From positions 4,590,001 to 4,654,000 of the forward strand of contig CM075996.1 in assembly GCA_038087875.1 (NCBI GenBank): a stretch of 64,000 bases of DNA, in the 5' to 3' direction. Positions 36,305-47,569 of the stretch are shown here, in pieces. The translations under genes were made by a program, and so were the position numbers. Source of the stretch: Malacoraja senta (lineage: Eukaryota). Every line of letters starts with the position of its first letter. Positions within the stretch are counted from its first letter, which is position 1. The notes under the pieces are model-generated. The model did not search any database. It was not told the origin of the DNA and saw only the letters and a list, made by a program, of their open reading frames with translations.

Positions 36305-37452
36305 ATACATAGATACATAGAAAATAGGCGCAGGAGTAGGCCATTCGGCCCTTCGAGCCTGCACTGCCATTCAATATGATCATGGCTGATCATCCAACTC
36401 AGTATCCCATACCTGCCTTCTCTCCATACCCCCTGATCCCTTTAGCCACAAGGGCCACATCTAACTCCCTCTTAAATATAGCCAAGGAACTGGCCTCAAC
36501 TACCCACTGTGGCAGAGAATTCCAGAGATTCACCACTCTCTGTGTGAAAACGTTTTTCCTCATCTCGGTCTTAAAGGATTTCCCCCTTATCCTTAAGCTG
36601 TGACCCCTTGTCTTGGACTTCCCCAACATCGGGAACAATCTTCCTGCATCTAGCCTGTCCAACCCCATAAGAATTTTGTACGTTTCTATAAGATCCCCTC
36701 ACAATCTCCTAAATTCTAGCGAGTATAAGCCAAGTGTATCCAGTCTTTCTTCATATGAAAGTCCTGACATCCAGGAATCAGTCTGGTGAACCTTCTCTGC
36801 ACTCCCTCTATGGCTATAATGTCCTTCCTCAGATTTGGAGACCAAAACTGTATGCAATATTCCAGGTGTGGTCTCACCAAGACCCTGTACAACTGCAGTA
36901 GAACCTCCCTGCTCCTATACTCAAATACTTTTGCTATGAAAGCTAACATACCATTCGCTTTCTTCACTGCCTGCTACACCTGCATGCCTACTTTCAATGA
37001 CTGGTGTACCATGACACCCAGGTCTCGCTGCATCTCCCCATTTCCTAATCGGCCACCATTTAGATAATAGTCTACTTTCCTGTTTTTTGCCACCAAAGTG
37101 GATAACCTCACATTTATCCACATTAAACTGCATCTGCCAAACATTTGCCCACTCACCCAGCCTATCCAAGTCACCTTGCAGTCTCCTAGCATCCTCCTCA
37201 CAGCTAACACTGCCCCCAGCTTAGTGTCATCCGCAAACTTGGAGATGTTGCCTTCAATTCCCTCGTCCAGCTCATTAATATAAATTGTAAATAGCTGGGG
37301 TCCCAGCACTGAGCCTTGCGGTACCCCACTAGTCACTGCCTGCCATTGTGAAAAGGACCAGTTTACTCCTACTCTTTGCTTCCTGTTTGCCAGCCAGTTC
37401 TCTATCCACATCAATACTGAACCCCAATACCGTGTGCTTTAAGTTTGTAAAG
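36305..37452 (-). mobile_element. 5'-truncated CR1/HER1-type LINE (~1.15 kb)
   Basis: GVPQGSVLGP, KFADDTKL, VRPHLEYC, VVNLWNSLP in frameshifted pieces. Confidence 0.93.
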
Positions 37453-37523
37453 CACACGGTGTGTATATATTCATATAATGGTATATGGACACACTGATCT
37501 TTTCTGTAGTCATGCCTACTATG

Positions 37524-37721
37524 GTACACAAAAATGCTGGAGAAACTCAGCGGGTGCAGCAGCATCTATGGAGCGAAGGAAATAGGCAACGTTTCGGGCC
37601 GAAACCCTTCTTCAGACCTTCAGTCCTTCGCTCCATAGATGCTGCTGCACCCGCTGAGTTTCTCCAGCATTTTTGTGTACCTTCGATTTTCCAGCATCTG
37701 CAGTTCCTTCTTTAACACAAC
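37524..37721. mobile_element. Penelope-derived fold-back element with 15-bp TSD
   Basis: GTCATGCCTACTATG at 37509-37523 and 37722-37736; inverted arms. Confidence 0.82.
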
Positions 37722-39596
37722 GTCATGCCTACTATGTTCTGTTGTGCTGAAGCAAAGCAAGAATTTCATTGTCCTATCTGGGACACATGACAATAAACTC
37801 TCTTGACTTGACTTGACCCTTAGTGATGAGCCTGGCACAAAGGAGTGTTGCACATATCCCAGCTCCAGTCTGAACGAGGCACGATGTTGATCGTGGCTGG
37901 CACTGGCTTTGGCACCTCGCCCGGCTCCGACCTTGTGGCAGCTGTGACTGCACCAGATAGAATCCCTCAGCGAGGATGTTCCTATTCCGGAGCAGACACG
38001 GTGTGCATCTCTGCAGTGAGGACAGGGGGGCATTCCAGCCAGAAACTCCTGAGTATCTCACCACTCAGAAACCCGCTTTGCACTGCACCTCCTCCTCTCC
38101 CATCCCGCACGCTCCTCCTTTCAACAGCTTCTCATGTTATGCCTGGTTGCTCCCAGTCACGGTACATTGCGAGGGATTGCGAGGGTGCCACTGCATCATG
38201 CATGCATGCATGGGAATTGCACCCCACAGAATCCATGCTGGTGTGTGCATTGGTGCGGGGTTGTAACGAGCTGGACATAATCTCACGCTGATGTAATGCC
38301 AGCGGCACTCAACCCACCAAATAATTTCCCCGTAAACTTGCTCAACTCAGCAGAGCAGGAAAACCTCTCCAGCCCAGCTCCCTCCACCATTCCCCAATGC
38401 TGCTTGGACACGTCGATGGGGATTTAATTTTTTTAAATTTTTTTTAACGTTTATTTTATTAGAAGCAATTGTACAAGAATAAAGCAATCGGCATGACAAT
38501 TATACAATTTCCGTACAGCTTTATTTAAAAAATATTTTATAAATGGATACATAAATCAAGACGAATAAGTTGGTACATAAATCGAGAAAAAGAGCAAAAA
38601 GGAAAGAATGAAGAAAAAGAAGAAAGATACAAAAAAGAGAGAAGAAAAGACCCCTAAACTGCCAAAGAAGTGCAAGAAAAAGAAAACCGAGAAGAAGAAA
38701 AACGGAAGAAGGGTTTCGGCCCGAAACGTTACCTATTTCCTTCGCTCCATAGATGCTGCTGCACCCGCTGAGTTTCTCAGCATTTTTGTGTACCTCAGAA
38801 GAAAAACGGAGATACGTCCCACTGTCCAGTGAATGGAGCCCATGTTTTGGAGAATTGGTCTGCTTTATCAGCCAAAACAAAGCCTAATTATTTCTAAATG
38901 AAGTGTCTCGGTCATTTATCTATGGGATTTGACCCCGTTAAAGGTGGTGCAGCTGGTAGAGCTGCTGCCTCACAGCACCAGAGGCTCGGGTTCGATCCTG
39001 ACCTCGAAGGCTGTTTGTGTGGAGTTTCCTCCGGGTGCTCCAGTTTCATAGAACATGGAACAGTACAGCCAAGGAATGTTGGCGCTGACGTGAAATAAAC
39101 GAAACGATGCTAAAGTTAAACTGATCTAATTTGCTTGTACATAATCCACATCCCTCTATTCCTTGTGCCTGTCTAAACACCTGTTAAATGTCACCATTGT
39201 ATCTGCCTTCATCAATACCCTGGCAGTGTGTTCTACCCTGAGAGAAAGGTTCTGGCTCTCTACCCTATCTCCGCCTCTAATAATTTTATATACATCTATC
39301 AACTGTCCCCTCAGCCTCCGACATCCCATACCCCAAATATATACGGGTTTGCAGGTCAATTAGCCCTGTAAAATTGCCCCTAATGTGTAGGGAGTGAACA
39401 ATAGACAATAGGTGCCATTTGGTCCTTCGAGCCAGCACCGCCATTCAATGTGATCATGGCTGATTATCCACAATCTTTACCCTGTTCCTGCCTTCTCCCC
39501 ATATCCCCTGACTCCAGTATCTTTAAGAGCCCTATCTAGCTCTCTCTAGAAAGTATCCGGAGAACCGGCCTCCACCGCCCTCTGAGGCAGAGAATT

Positions 39597-39796
39597 NNNN
39601 NNNNNNNNNNNNNNNNNNNNNNNNNNNNNNNNNNNNNNNNNNNNNNNNNNNNNNNNNNNNNNNNNNNNNNNNNNNNNNNNNNNNNNNNNNNNNNNNNNNN
39701 NNNNNNNNNNNNNNNNNNNNNNNNNNNNNNNNNNNNNNNNNNNNNNNNNNNNNNNNNNNNNNNNNNNNNNNNNNNNNNNNNNNNNNNNNNNNNNNN
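39597..39796. other. Assembly gap
   Basis: Exactly 200 N. Confidence 1.
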
Positions 39797-40144
39797 AAAT
39801 GGTAAGGGGGAAATTTAAAAACCACCCGACGGAAATAGATGTTTAACAAAAAAAGGGGGGGGCAGCGATCGCTCCGTGTCCATGTCGGAGGGAAGGGGGG
39901 GCGGGGGGAGGATTGCTTGAGTGGGAGCAGGATTTTCTGGAGCTCCTTCCAAATGGCAATATTTTGTACTAGACTGTTCACATGGGAGGGCTGGTCCCCC
40001 AACGCAATATTCCATCTCCACCAATTCCAATATTAGTGGCCGGGGGGGGGGGGGGGGGGGGCTTTCTGGAGCGCTAGTATAGGTGTGAGCTGAAGGACTG
40101 GTTTCCAGAGGGCTAGTATGGACATTGTGGGGCGAATGGATTCT

Positions 40145-40400
40145 TGGGCTGGCAGCTCAGTCACTCAGGCCTGGTGGGCTGGCAGCTCAGTCATTCAGGT
40201 CTGGTGGGCTGGCAGCTCAGTCACTCAGGTCTGGTGGGCTGGCAGCTCAGTCACTCAGGCCTGGTGGGCTGGCAGCTCAGTCACTCAGGCCTGGTGGGCT
40301 GGCAGCTCAGTCACTCAGGCCTGGTGGGCTGGCAGCTCAGTCACTCAAGCCTGGTGGGCTGGCAGCTCAGTCACTCAGGCCTGGTGGGATGGCAGCTCAG
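40145..40400. repeat. 30-bp minisatellite, ~8.5 copies
   Basis: Unit CTGGTGGGCTGGCAGCTCAGTCACTCAGGC, head-to-tail, no spacers. Confidence 0.98.
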
Positions 40401-40819
40401 GAACTGCTAGAAATGCTGCCCAAATAAGGTGAGAGACTCTGAGAGAGAAAGGGGAGAGGGTGGAGAATCAATTTTAGACATTTTTCATCTTTTTCTGCAG
40501 ATCACAGCAATGAAGGAGGAAAGTCTATCCTGGCCTGAAGCTCACAGGGAGCCAATGAAGGGAGGGAGAAAAATACTGGGGTGAGTTTAATACTTGCAGG
40601 GGGAATACTGGGCCGAAGGGACTCCTTCTGGGCTAATACAGGGCTGATGGGCCGAAGGGGTTCTTTAAAAACAAATCTCAGTGAAAGGCACTTTTTCTGG
40701 ACCTGGCCTGGCACGGGCCTTTTGGGCCAAAATGCTCCTCCTGGGTTAATGCGGGCATTTTGGGAAAAGGGGACTGGTTTCTCGGCTAATAGGGGCCTTT
40801 GGGCTGAAATTAGTGGCTT

Positions 40820-41165
40820 CAGGCAGGCTAAACAACTCATTTCATTTCCATTTCAAATTCAAGCACAGGGCAGACCAAACAGCTCATTGCATTTTCATTT
40901 CATTTCCATTTCCATTGCACTTTCAAGCACAGGGCAGGCCGAACAGCTCATTGCATTTTCATTTCACTTCCATTGCCATTGCAGTTTCAAGCACAGGGCA
41001 GGCCAAGCCTAACAACTCATTGCATTTTCATTTCACTTCCATTGCCATTGCAGTTTCAAGCACAGGGCAGGCCATGCCAAACAGCTCATTGCATTTTCAT
41101 TTCACTTCCATTGGCATTGTAGTTTCAAGCACAGGGCAGGCCAAACAACTCATTTCATTTTCATT
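40820..41165. repeat. ~60-70-bp tandem repeat, ~5 copies
   Basis: Recurring CAAGCACAGGGCAGGCC..AACAGCTCATTGCATTTTCATTTCA. Confidence 0.93.
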
Positions 41166-41653
41166 AAGGGCTAGCAAATCATTTATTGCAAATACATTGC
41201 AGACTCACAGTTCAGTTGATTCACAGCTTAGAATGTGAGTCGAGGCCTCTCCCTCGCAATCTTGCAGAGTGACTGAGTCATGTCCAGGCATTCAAGGTTT
41301 TATAGTCCCTCCCCCCAGAAGGGTCGTTACCTTCATCGCGGTGATTGACAGGCGAGAGGTTCTCAAGGTTTTTTAAACACTCATAACTTTTTTTATTTTT
41401 CATCGAAGGGAAAAATCCTCGGGGCCTGCTCAGCAGAGGAGGATTGTGAATAAAATGGCCAAAAATCATAGCGATATATGGTAGCGTTTTTTCTAAAATC
41501 AATATACAGCGCAGACAGGAAGTGGTCAAGATGAGACTTTTAATTATATAGATGTTCAAAGTTAATAAGGAGGACTAGGCAGGAATATGAAAATGATCAC
41601 CTGCAGCTGAGAAACAAAAAGATGATTTGTGCATGAAGAAGCCATGACCAAAG

Positions 41654-41769
41654 CAAAGATACTAGAGCGGAGACGGAAGCCGGTTATGGAAATGGTGCTG
41701 AAGATTACCCATGATCCTACTACGGGTTTTTCGTCGAGTGGACTATCTTGCTCCGCTATAGGATCTTTG
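41654..41769. mobile_element. Short P-like MITE (116 bp), same family as 19327-19712
   Basis: CAAAGATACTAGAGCGGAG...CTCCGCTATAGGATCTTTG (17/19 TIR match); resembles the reverse complement of the left arm of the 19.3-kb copy; no TSD. Confidence 0.75.
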
Positions 41770-42167
41770 GTTTCCAGTCTCCATGAGATGGAGAGTGGAG
41801 GAAAGTGGCGCTGTAAGGGCAGTCCACGTCTTTCACCAGCTCATTGGAACTTTTCCCAATTCCATAATGACTGTCTAAGAACTTGGCCCTCATCAGACCT
41901 GGTGTCTCTCCGCCATAAACGGAGTTCACCTGGACGCTCAACTCGTAGACCACCCGCTCCTTCCTGAAGCGGATATCAAACAGCTGTAAACCGCTGGTGG
42001 GACTGTGGCGGAACACAAACTCCCAGTCAAAGTAGCGAACGTGGTTGTTTACAACGTGGTATCTTGGTCCACGTGGCTCGAACTGGAGGGTTGGTTTGAA
42101 ACTTCTGGCGAGGTCCCAGCGAGGCGTAGTTGGGATCCGAATACGTCCTTTGGATCTTTTGGATCTC
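41770..42167 (-). pseudogene. Copper amine oxidase (AOC2/AOC3-like) gene fragment
   Basis: YASLGPR / LQFEPRGPRYHVVNNHVRYFDWEFVFRHSPTSGLQLFDIRFRKERVVYELSVQ..SVYGG..FLD..GIG..ELVKDVDCPYSATF; frameshift near 42090, missing codon after SVQ, truncated at both ends. Confidence 0.85.
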
Positions 42168-42717
42168 TCTCGCTCTCACTCCCTCTCACTCACCCTCTCG
42201 CCTCGGCATTCCCGGAATAATTTGCCGTTTTGTGGGGACGGCTGCAACTGCGGTTCCTTCCTGTTGGGGAGTGGGGGGAACCCTGGCCCGTGGCGGCTCC
42301 TGGTCCGTTCCCTCCGCGGGTGCCGCCTGGCCCACTGAGTTCCTCCAGCACTCTGTGTTTTTTGTTTGGTTCTGTAGTTGAAGGTGGACACGGAGGGGGG
42401 GGGGGGGGGGCTGGGGTGGCTCAACGGGACGGGTGGCGGCTCTGGGGAGTGGGTGGCATTTCGGGTCGAGACCCTTCTGCAGACAATCACAAGTACTCTC
42501 ACCGACGAGAGTTCAGTTCAGTCTGAAGAAGGGTCTTCTCTCCAGAGTCGCCTGTCCCGCTGAGTTACTCCAGCTTTATCTCTAACTTCAATTTCAAGAG
42601 TTAAATAAAAAACATGGAATGCTGGAGGAACTCAGCGGCTAGGCTGCATCTGTGGAGGGAATGGATTAGGAGTTGTTTCAGGCCAGCGTTCCTCTTCAAT
42701 AGTAAGGAACTGCAGAT

Positions 42718-42749
42718 CAAAGATAACTGAGCGGATACTAGTATCTTTG
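42718..42749. mobile_element. 32-bp remnant of two P-like termini (possible excision footprint)
   Basis: CAAAGATAACTGAGCGG + ATACTAGTATCTTTG between CTGCAGAT and CAGCAGAT. Confidence 0.65.
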
Positions 42750-42776
42750 CAGCAGATCAGGCATGATATTCTGGCA

Positions 42777-42970
42777 GCCAATCAACCGCTGTCTCTAAGG
42801 GGGTTGCGTCCAATCACCGACCAACTTCCCTTAACATTCCCGTCCAATCAACAAATCGGTCTCCGGCCAATCAGCCGCTGTCTCCAAGGGAATTGTGTCC
42901 AATCACATAATGTGCTGGTCACTCGGCGGCCAATCAGACACAGTCTCCGAGGGGCCTTTTGATCAATCAC
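42777..42970 (+). promoter_or_regulatory. Array of six CCAATCA boxes (NF-Y-type)
   Basis: CCAAT at 42778, 42810, 42844, 42867, 42899, 42930 and degenerate TCAATCA at 42963. Confidence 0.65.
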
Positions 42971-43015
42971 CGACCTGCTTCCCTCACCGAAGCAGACAAT
43001 GGCTGCAGCCAACAA

Positions 43016-43046
<31 letters not shown>

Positions 43047-43698
43047 AGTGAAATGCAAGAAAGCAGCTATGACATATAATACACAATAAACTATATTATA
43101 AATACACAATAAACATGTTATGCATTCTTGTACTCTTACATGGGTATGACTGCACACAACTCCCCCCTCCCCCCCTTCTCAGCCTCACCGACCTTAGAGT
43201 ACCCCTAGTTTCTAAAACCCATTTCCATCACTGGATGAACTGTCAGATTTTCTGGATTGTTGAATATTACTCTCATTGATATTACAGTCTTTTAATTCAC
43301 ATTATTCAGTCGTCATACAGTGCAGTAGTATAATAAATTTTCTAGTGAACCAGGTAAAGTTCAAGCGATTACTAGAAAAAAGAACCAGGATCCCAGTGAG
43401 CTTCAGGCCATGCAGGAATGGGGAGGGGTGACTTTAAAGAGAGAGTGGGAACTAAAGCCCCACCGGTTTGGAGGGATTGTTGGAATTGGTACACCAGTGA
43501 GTCAATTGCCAAACCATGACTTTTAACTGAGATTAGGGAAAAATAAAGGTTATTCTGTTCCTAATTACATTGCTTTTGAAATGCATTTTATTATTCTTAA
43601 ATTGGCTCACCAAAGTAGTTGTTGATGCAAGAATATGAGAACGATTTGTGGGTAGGTTATTTACAGGTCCAACCAACAGAGCTGATGTTTTTTTTCAG

Positions 43699-43772
43699 TT
43701 CTTGTGCTTCTCACTGAGGAATTTAAGGCAGATGAGTTTGTATGCTGCGTGCTGGATCAATGCCAAAAACAG
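43699..43772 (+). CDS. MEI1: MEI1 internal exon (first visible)
   Basis: LVLLTEEFKADEFVCCVLDQCQKQ (cf. [24 protein letters not shown]); canonical sites; in phase with next exon. Confidence 0.8.
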
Positions 43773-44666
43773 GTAGTTATTCCAAAGATGAGATATAATG
43801 CAATATTTTCATAATGGTGATAATTCATCCAGAAATGTATTAAATTAGTAAGCAACATATTCTATTGAGAAATGTAATTTTTATTTACTTCGCTAAGCTT
43901 CAGACCATTTAGATGCAAAAAAGGACACAAAGTGCTGGAAGAACTTAGCATGCCAGACAGCATCACTGAGAACATAGATCGGTGATAGGTCGGGTCAAGA
44001 CCTTTCTTTAGATTGAGAGATGATATTTTGCAGAATGAGCCGTATTGACTTGGTTTGATTGCTGCAATGAAAGTGCAAATTGCTTTAGTGCAGACTCAGC
44101 TTATTACCGTCATATTTGAAATTTTCATTGCACCGATTGTGCTGGATATTCCAACAGTTTAAAATCTATTCGCCGATATATTTTACAAGAATTGCAGTGG
44201 CTTCACAGTTCACACAAATGCTGTCCTCTTGCCAGAGTTCTTGCTGTTGCTTGTCAGGTAACCAGTCTGCACTCTGCTGCCCTTCACAACAGAATGCAAC
44301 TTGCCATATCAACTCCAAGCTGTTTGCAGTTGTTCTTGTGTGCCATTTGCAGCCGCTCCCATTGAAATTCAGCAATGTTCATCAACTCTGCTTACATTGC
44401 ATAAAATAACAATCAAAAGAACATCTGGTCGCTCAGCTACAGGAAGGATATCATTAAGTTGGAAAGGGTTCAGAATAGATTCTCCATAATGATACCTAGA
44501 CTTGCAAGTTTGAGAATAAAGAGTGGATGTGGAGAGGATGTTTCCACTAGTGGGAGAGTCAAGGACTAGAGATCATAGCCTCAGAATTAAAGGGCGTTCG
44601 TTTAGGAAGGAGATGAGGAATTTCTTTAGTCGGAGGGTGTTGATATCCTATTTATTCTTTTACCAG

Positions 44667-44772
44667 TTGTCAGAAAAAAGCAGTATGAGGAAAACTTTAC
44701 CAGTTTTTACATTGATGGGGAAACTGTTGATCACAATCCCATTCCTTGCAGAGAAGTTGATCCACAAATATC
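44667..44772 (+). CDS. MEI1: MEI1 exon
   Basis: LSEKSSMRKTLPVFTLMGKLLITIPFLAEKLIHKY; ccag| and |gtgagt. Confidence 0.88.
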
Positions 44773-44933
44773 GTGAGTATTTGGAGGAATATAAATATCA
44801 AAATGAGATATTAGCATGTGAAAAAGAACACACTTCCAGGAACTGGCACATATATTGTGCCAGTTCCTAGAGCAGACAGACGACTGGACAGTTTCATTTG
44901 TATCAATGTATCATTGTATTTAATGTTTAGAAT

Positions 44934-46066
44934 TTTTTGACTTCTCAAGCGCCTTCAACACAATTCAGCCCCGACTGCTAGGGGAGAAGATGGAGAAGAT
45001 GAAAGTGGATCCATCACTGGTACTGTGGTGTTTGGATTACCTTTCCCTCAGACCACAGTACGTGCGCCTACAGAACAATGTCTCAAGCACCATCTTGAGC
45101 AGCACAGGGGCTCCACAAGGAACTGTGCTGGTTCCATTCCTGTTTACCATCTACACAGCGGATCTCCAATATAACACCAACAGCTGCTTTTTGCAGAAAT
45201 TTTCGGATGACACAGCTGTTGTCGGCCTCATTAAAGGGGGCAATGAGGAGGAGTATAGAGACATAATAAGTAACTTTGTGGAGTGGAGTGCACACAATAA
45301 CCTCCATCTTAACACCACAAAAACCAAGGAGATAGTTGTGGACTTCAGGAGGGGGAGGAGGAGGACTCGAGCAACACCAATCACCATTAAGGGCACTGAG
45401 GTGGAGGTGGTCGCTAACCACAGGTACCTTGGTGTGCAGCTTGACAGTGAGCTGGACTGGAAGTGTCATATGGAGGCGGTGTACAGGAAGGGACAAAGCC
45501 GACTGTATTTTTTAAGGAGACTGAGGTCATTTAACATCTGCCAACCCCTACTGTGCAGTGTCTACCATTCAGTGGTGGCCAGTGCTCTGTTTTTTGCTGT
45601 GGCCTGTTGGGGAGATGGCGCCCGCATAGCGGACAAAAACAGACTGGACAAGCTGATCAGGAAGGCCGGCTCAGTGGTCGGGGCTGAGCAACGAACGGTC
45701 CAGCAGGTGGCAGAGGCCAGAACTCTGAACAAACTGGGTTCAATAATAACCAACCCCACTCACCCACTCCATGCCCTGAAGGTGATCAAGAGCAGCATCT
45801 TCAGTCAGAGACTGATTGCACCAATGTGCAAAACTGAGAGACATAGGAAGTCCTGTTTACCAGCTGCTATAAGGTTATATAATGCGCATAAATAACTGCA
45901 CTTTTTTTCCCTTTTTTTTTCTTCATTAATTGTATTTTAACTTGTATTTTAACTTGTTAAGTATGGAAGCTATTTGAGGAAATGTGTGGTGTTATGTCTG
46001 TCTTGAAGCTGTCGTGGCACTGTAATTTCCTGTAAAGGATTATTAAAGGTATATCTATCTATCTAT
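44934..46066 (+). mobile_element. 5'-truncated Rex1/Babar-type LINE with uninterrupted RT C-terminal ORF
   Basis: FDFSSAFNTIQP, GAPQGTVL, KFSDDT, QSRLYFLRRLRSF, HPLH; (ATCT)n tail. Confidence 0.9.
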
Positions 46067-47365
46067 TAGCTGGAAAAACAGACTTTCAAAAATGTCTCAT
46101 TGTTTAGTATTAATTGGTTAAAAGTTAAGGGTTTTTTTAACCAATAAATCATTTATTAAAAAGGTTTGAGATCCTCACAAATAATCTGGAATGGTTAATA
46201 ACTGAACAGACTTTCACTTACGACACAGTTGGTGACAGAGACACTAGAGCAAATTTTAAATTTTGCAAGCTGTCTTTTGGAAAGCTGTATGGTCACTAGT
46301 TTCGTGAAATAGGTACTTTGCATGCACATTAGCATTCAAAACTTGCATATGACTCTCACTTAAATTTGACAGCTGCTTAGGCATTCCCTGCATTATTTAT
46401 GCTTTGCTTTATTTCATCTACAGTGTAGCTAAAGAGATACCAAATGGAAAACATTACAATTATTTTCCAGTGGTCAAGAAAGTCATTTGGGCTCCAGTAT
46501 GTTCTTGCAGTACTGAACACACTTGACCTCGTTTCCTCCCTTTGAGACCTCCAGAATTGGCTGATTAATATTCTCTTAGCAAGGTCGATGCCACTGATGA
46601 AGCAGCTGCAACTATATATTAATGTCTTTGCTTCTTCATCTAGTATGTAGTCTTGTGCCATTCCCTTTACTGTATTGTGCTTCAGACCATTTCTTGATAA
46701 TCACATTAAGTGAATCAAATTTATAAAAGACTGGATTCTCTAACATTCAGGATTCTTGGGAAGTCAAAATGGATCATCTATTTCACATTGCTAACTGAAA
46801 ATATTTGCAGATGCTTCAGCTTTGTTGACACCTTTTCAGCTGAGCAACAGGTGTTTTCCATGACACATATTGGGACAGTCTGCCAAATAGGCTCATGCAA
46901 GAGTCTCCAACTCTCCTTCGCCTGACCTATTCAACATATCCCCGTGTTCCTTACTATTTTCTGGTTTGTAGTCTGCCAGCTATTGGATCTACTACTTTTT
47001 CACTGACTTCATGTTCTAATATTTGTCATGAATCTGCTGTGGTAACGTATCAAATGCATTTAGGAAATCCAAATGCATTACATCTACTGCATTCTTTATG
47101 TGTCCTTTGGTTACATCGTTTCCTGCCCTCCCTTCTCAAGATTCCAAAGGGACCAAGAATGGTGAAGCATTTTTAAATATGATTCATCCTTACATGAAAA
47201 CCCCAAACAATTGCAAATGCTGGGAATCTGAAATTAGAAAGCTTGTAAAGCATAATAGGATGATTTACCTAAAATTACGTTAAATGTTAAAACCATGTTG
47301 AACTAATGAATGTTATTTCAGAAACAATCATTTAAAAAAACATTGTATTTTTCTTCATATATCAG

Positions 47366-47569
47366 CAATGCTGCTGGAACATATGAGGCTAGCACTGGCT
47401 TACCCTGATGAAGCAGTGAGAGCATCGGTCTGCTATATTTTTTGTGCCATGTACAGTTATCCTCCTGTAGTGGAGAAGCTTTCTATGTACTTCAGTGAGA
47501 GACTTTGTAAGCTCATTATTTCAATTATGGAGGCAGCACAGACCAAAGAACTGCAAATAAACACCCTTG
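47366..47569 (+). CDS. MEI1: MEI1 exon
   Basis: LLEHMRLALAYPDEAVRASVCYIF...AQTKELQINTL|gtaag. Confidence 0.95.

Larger units (their letters stand above)
39797..41552 (-). mobile_element. Probable non-autonomous Helitron carrying tandem arrays (3' end lost in gap)
   Basis: Minus strand begins A|TCTATATAATTAAAAG, a Helitron-like 5' end; two internal minisatellites; no coding capacity seen. Confidence 0.45.

Noticed and set aside
38521..38880. Hydrophobic and Lys-rich ORFs
   Set aside because: Low-complexity A-rich repeat plus a Penelope-derived repeat.
40118..40432. Repetitive ORFs or CRISPR-like array
   Set aside because: Spacerless 30-bp minisatellite in eukaryotic DNA; open frames follow from a stop-free unit.
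41654..42749. Single Pack-type transposon enclosing the AOC fragment
   Set aside because: Outer flanks GACCAAAG and CAGCAGAT do not form a TSD, and the right remnant has its own duplication.
43610..43651. Missing upstream MEI1 exon (LLMQEYENDLW)
   Set aside because: Weak similarity, poor acceptor and an implausibly short following intron.
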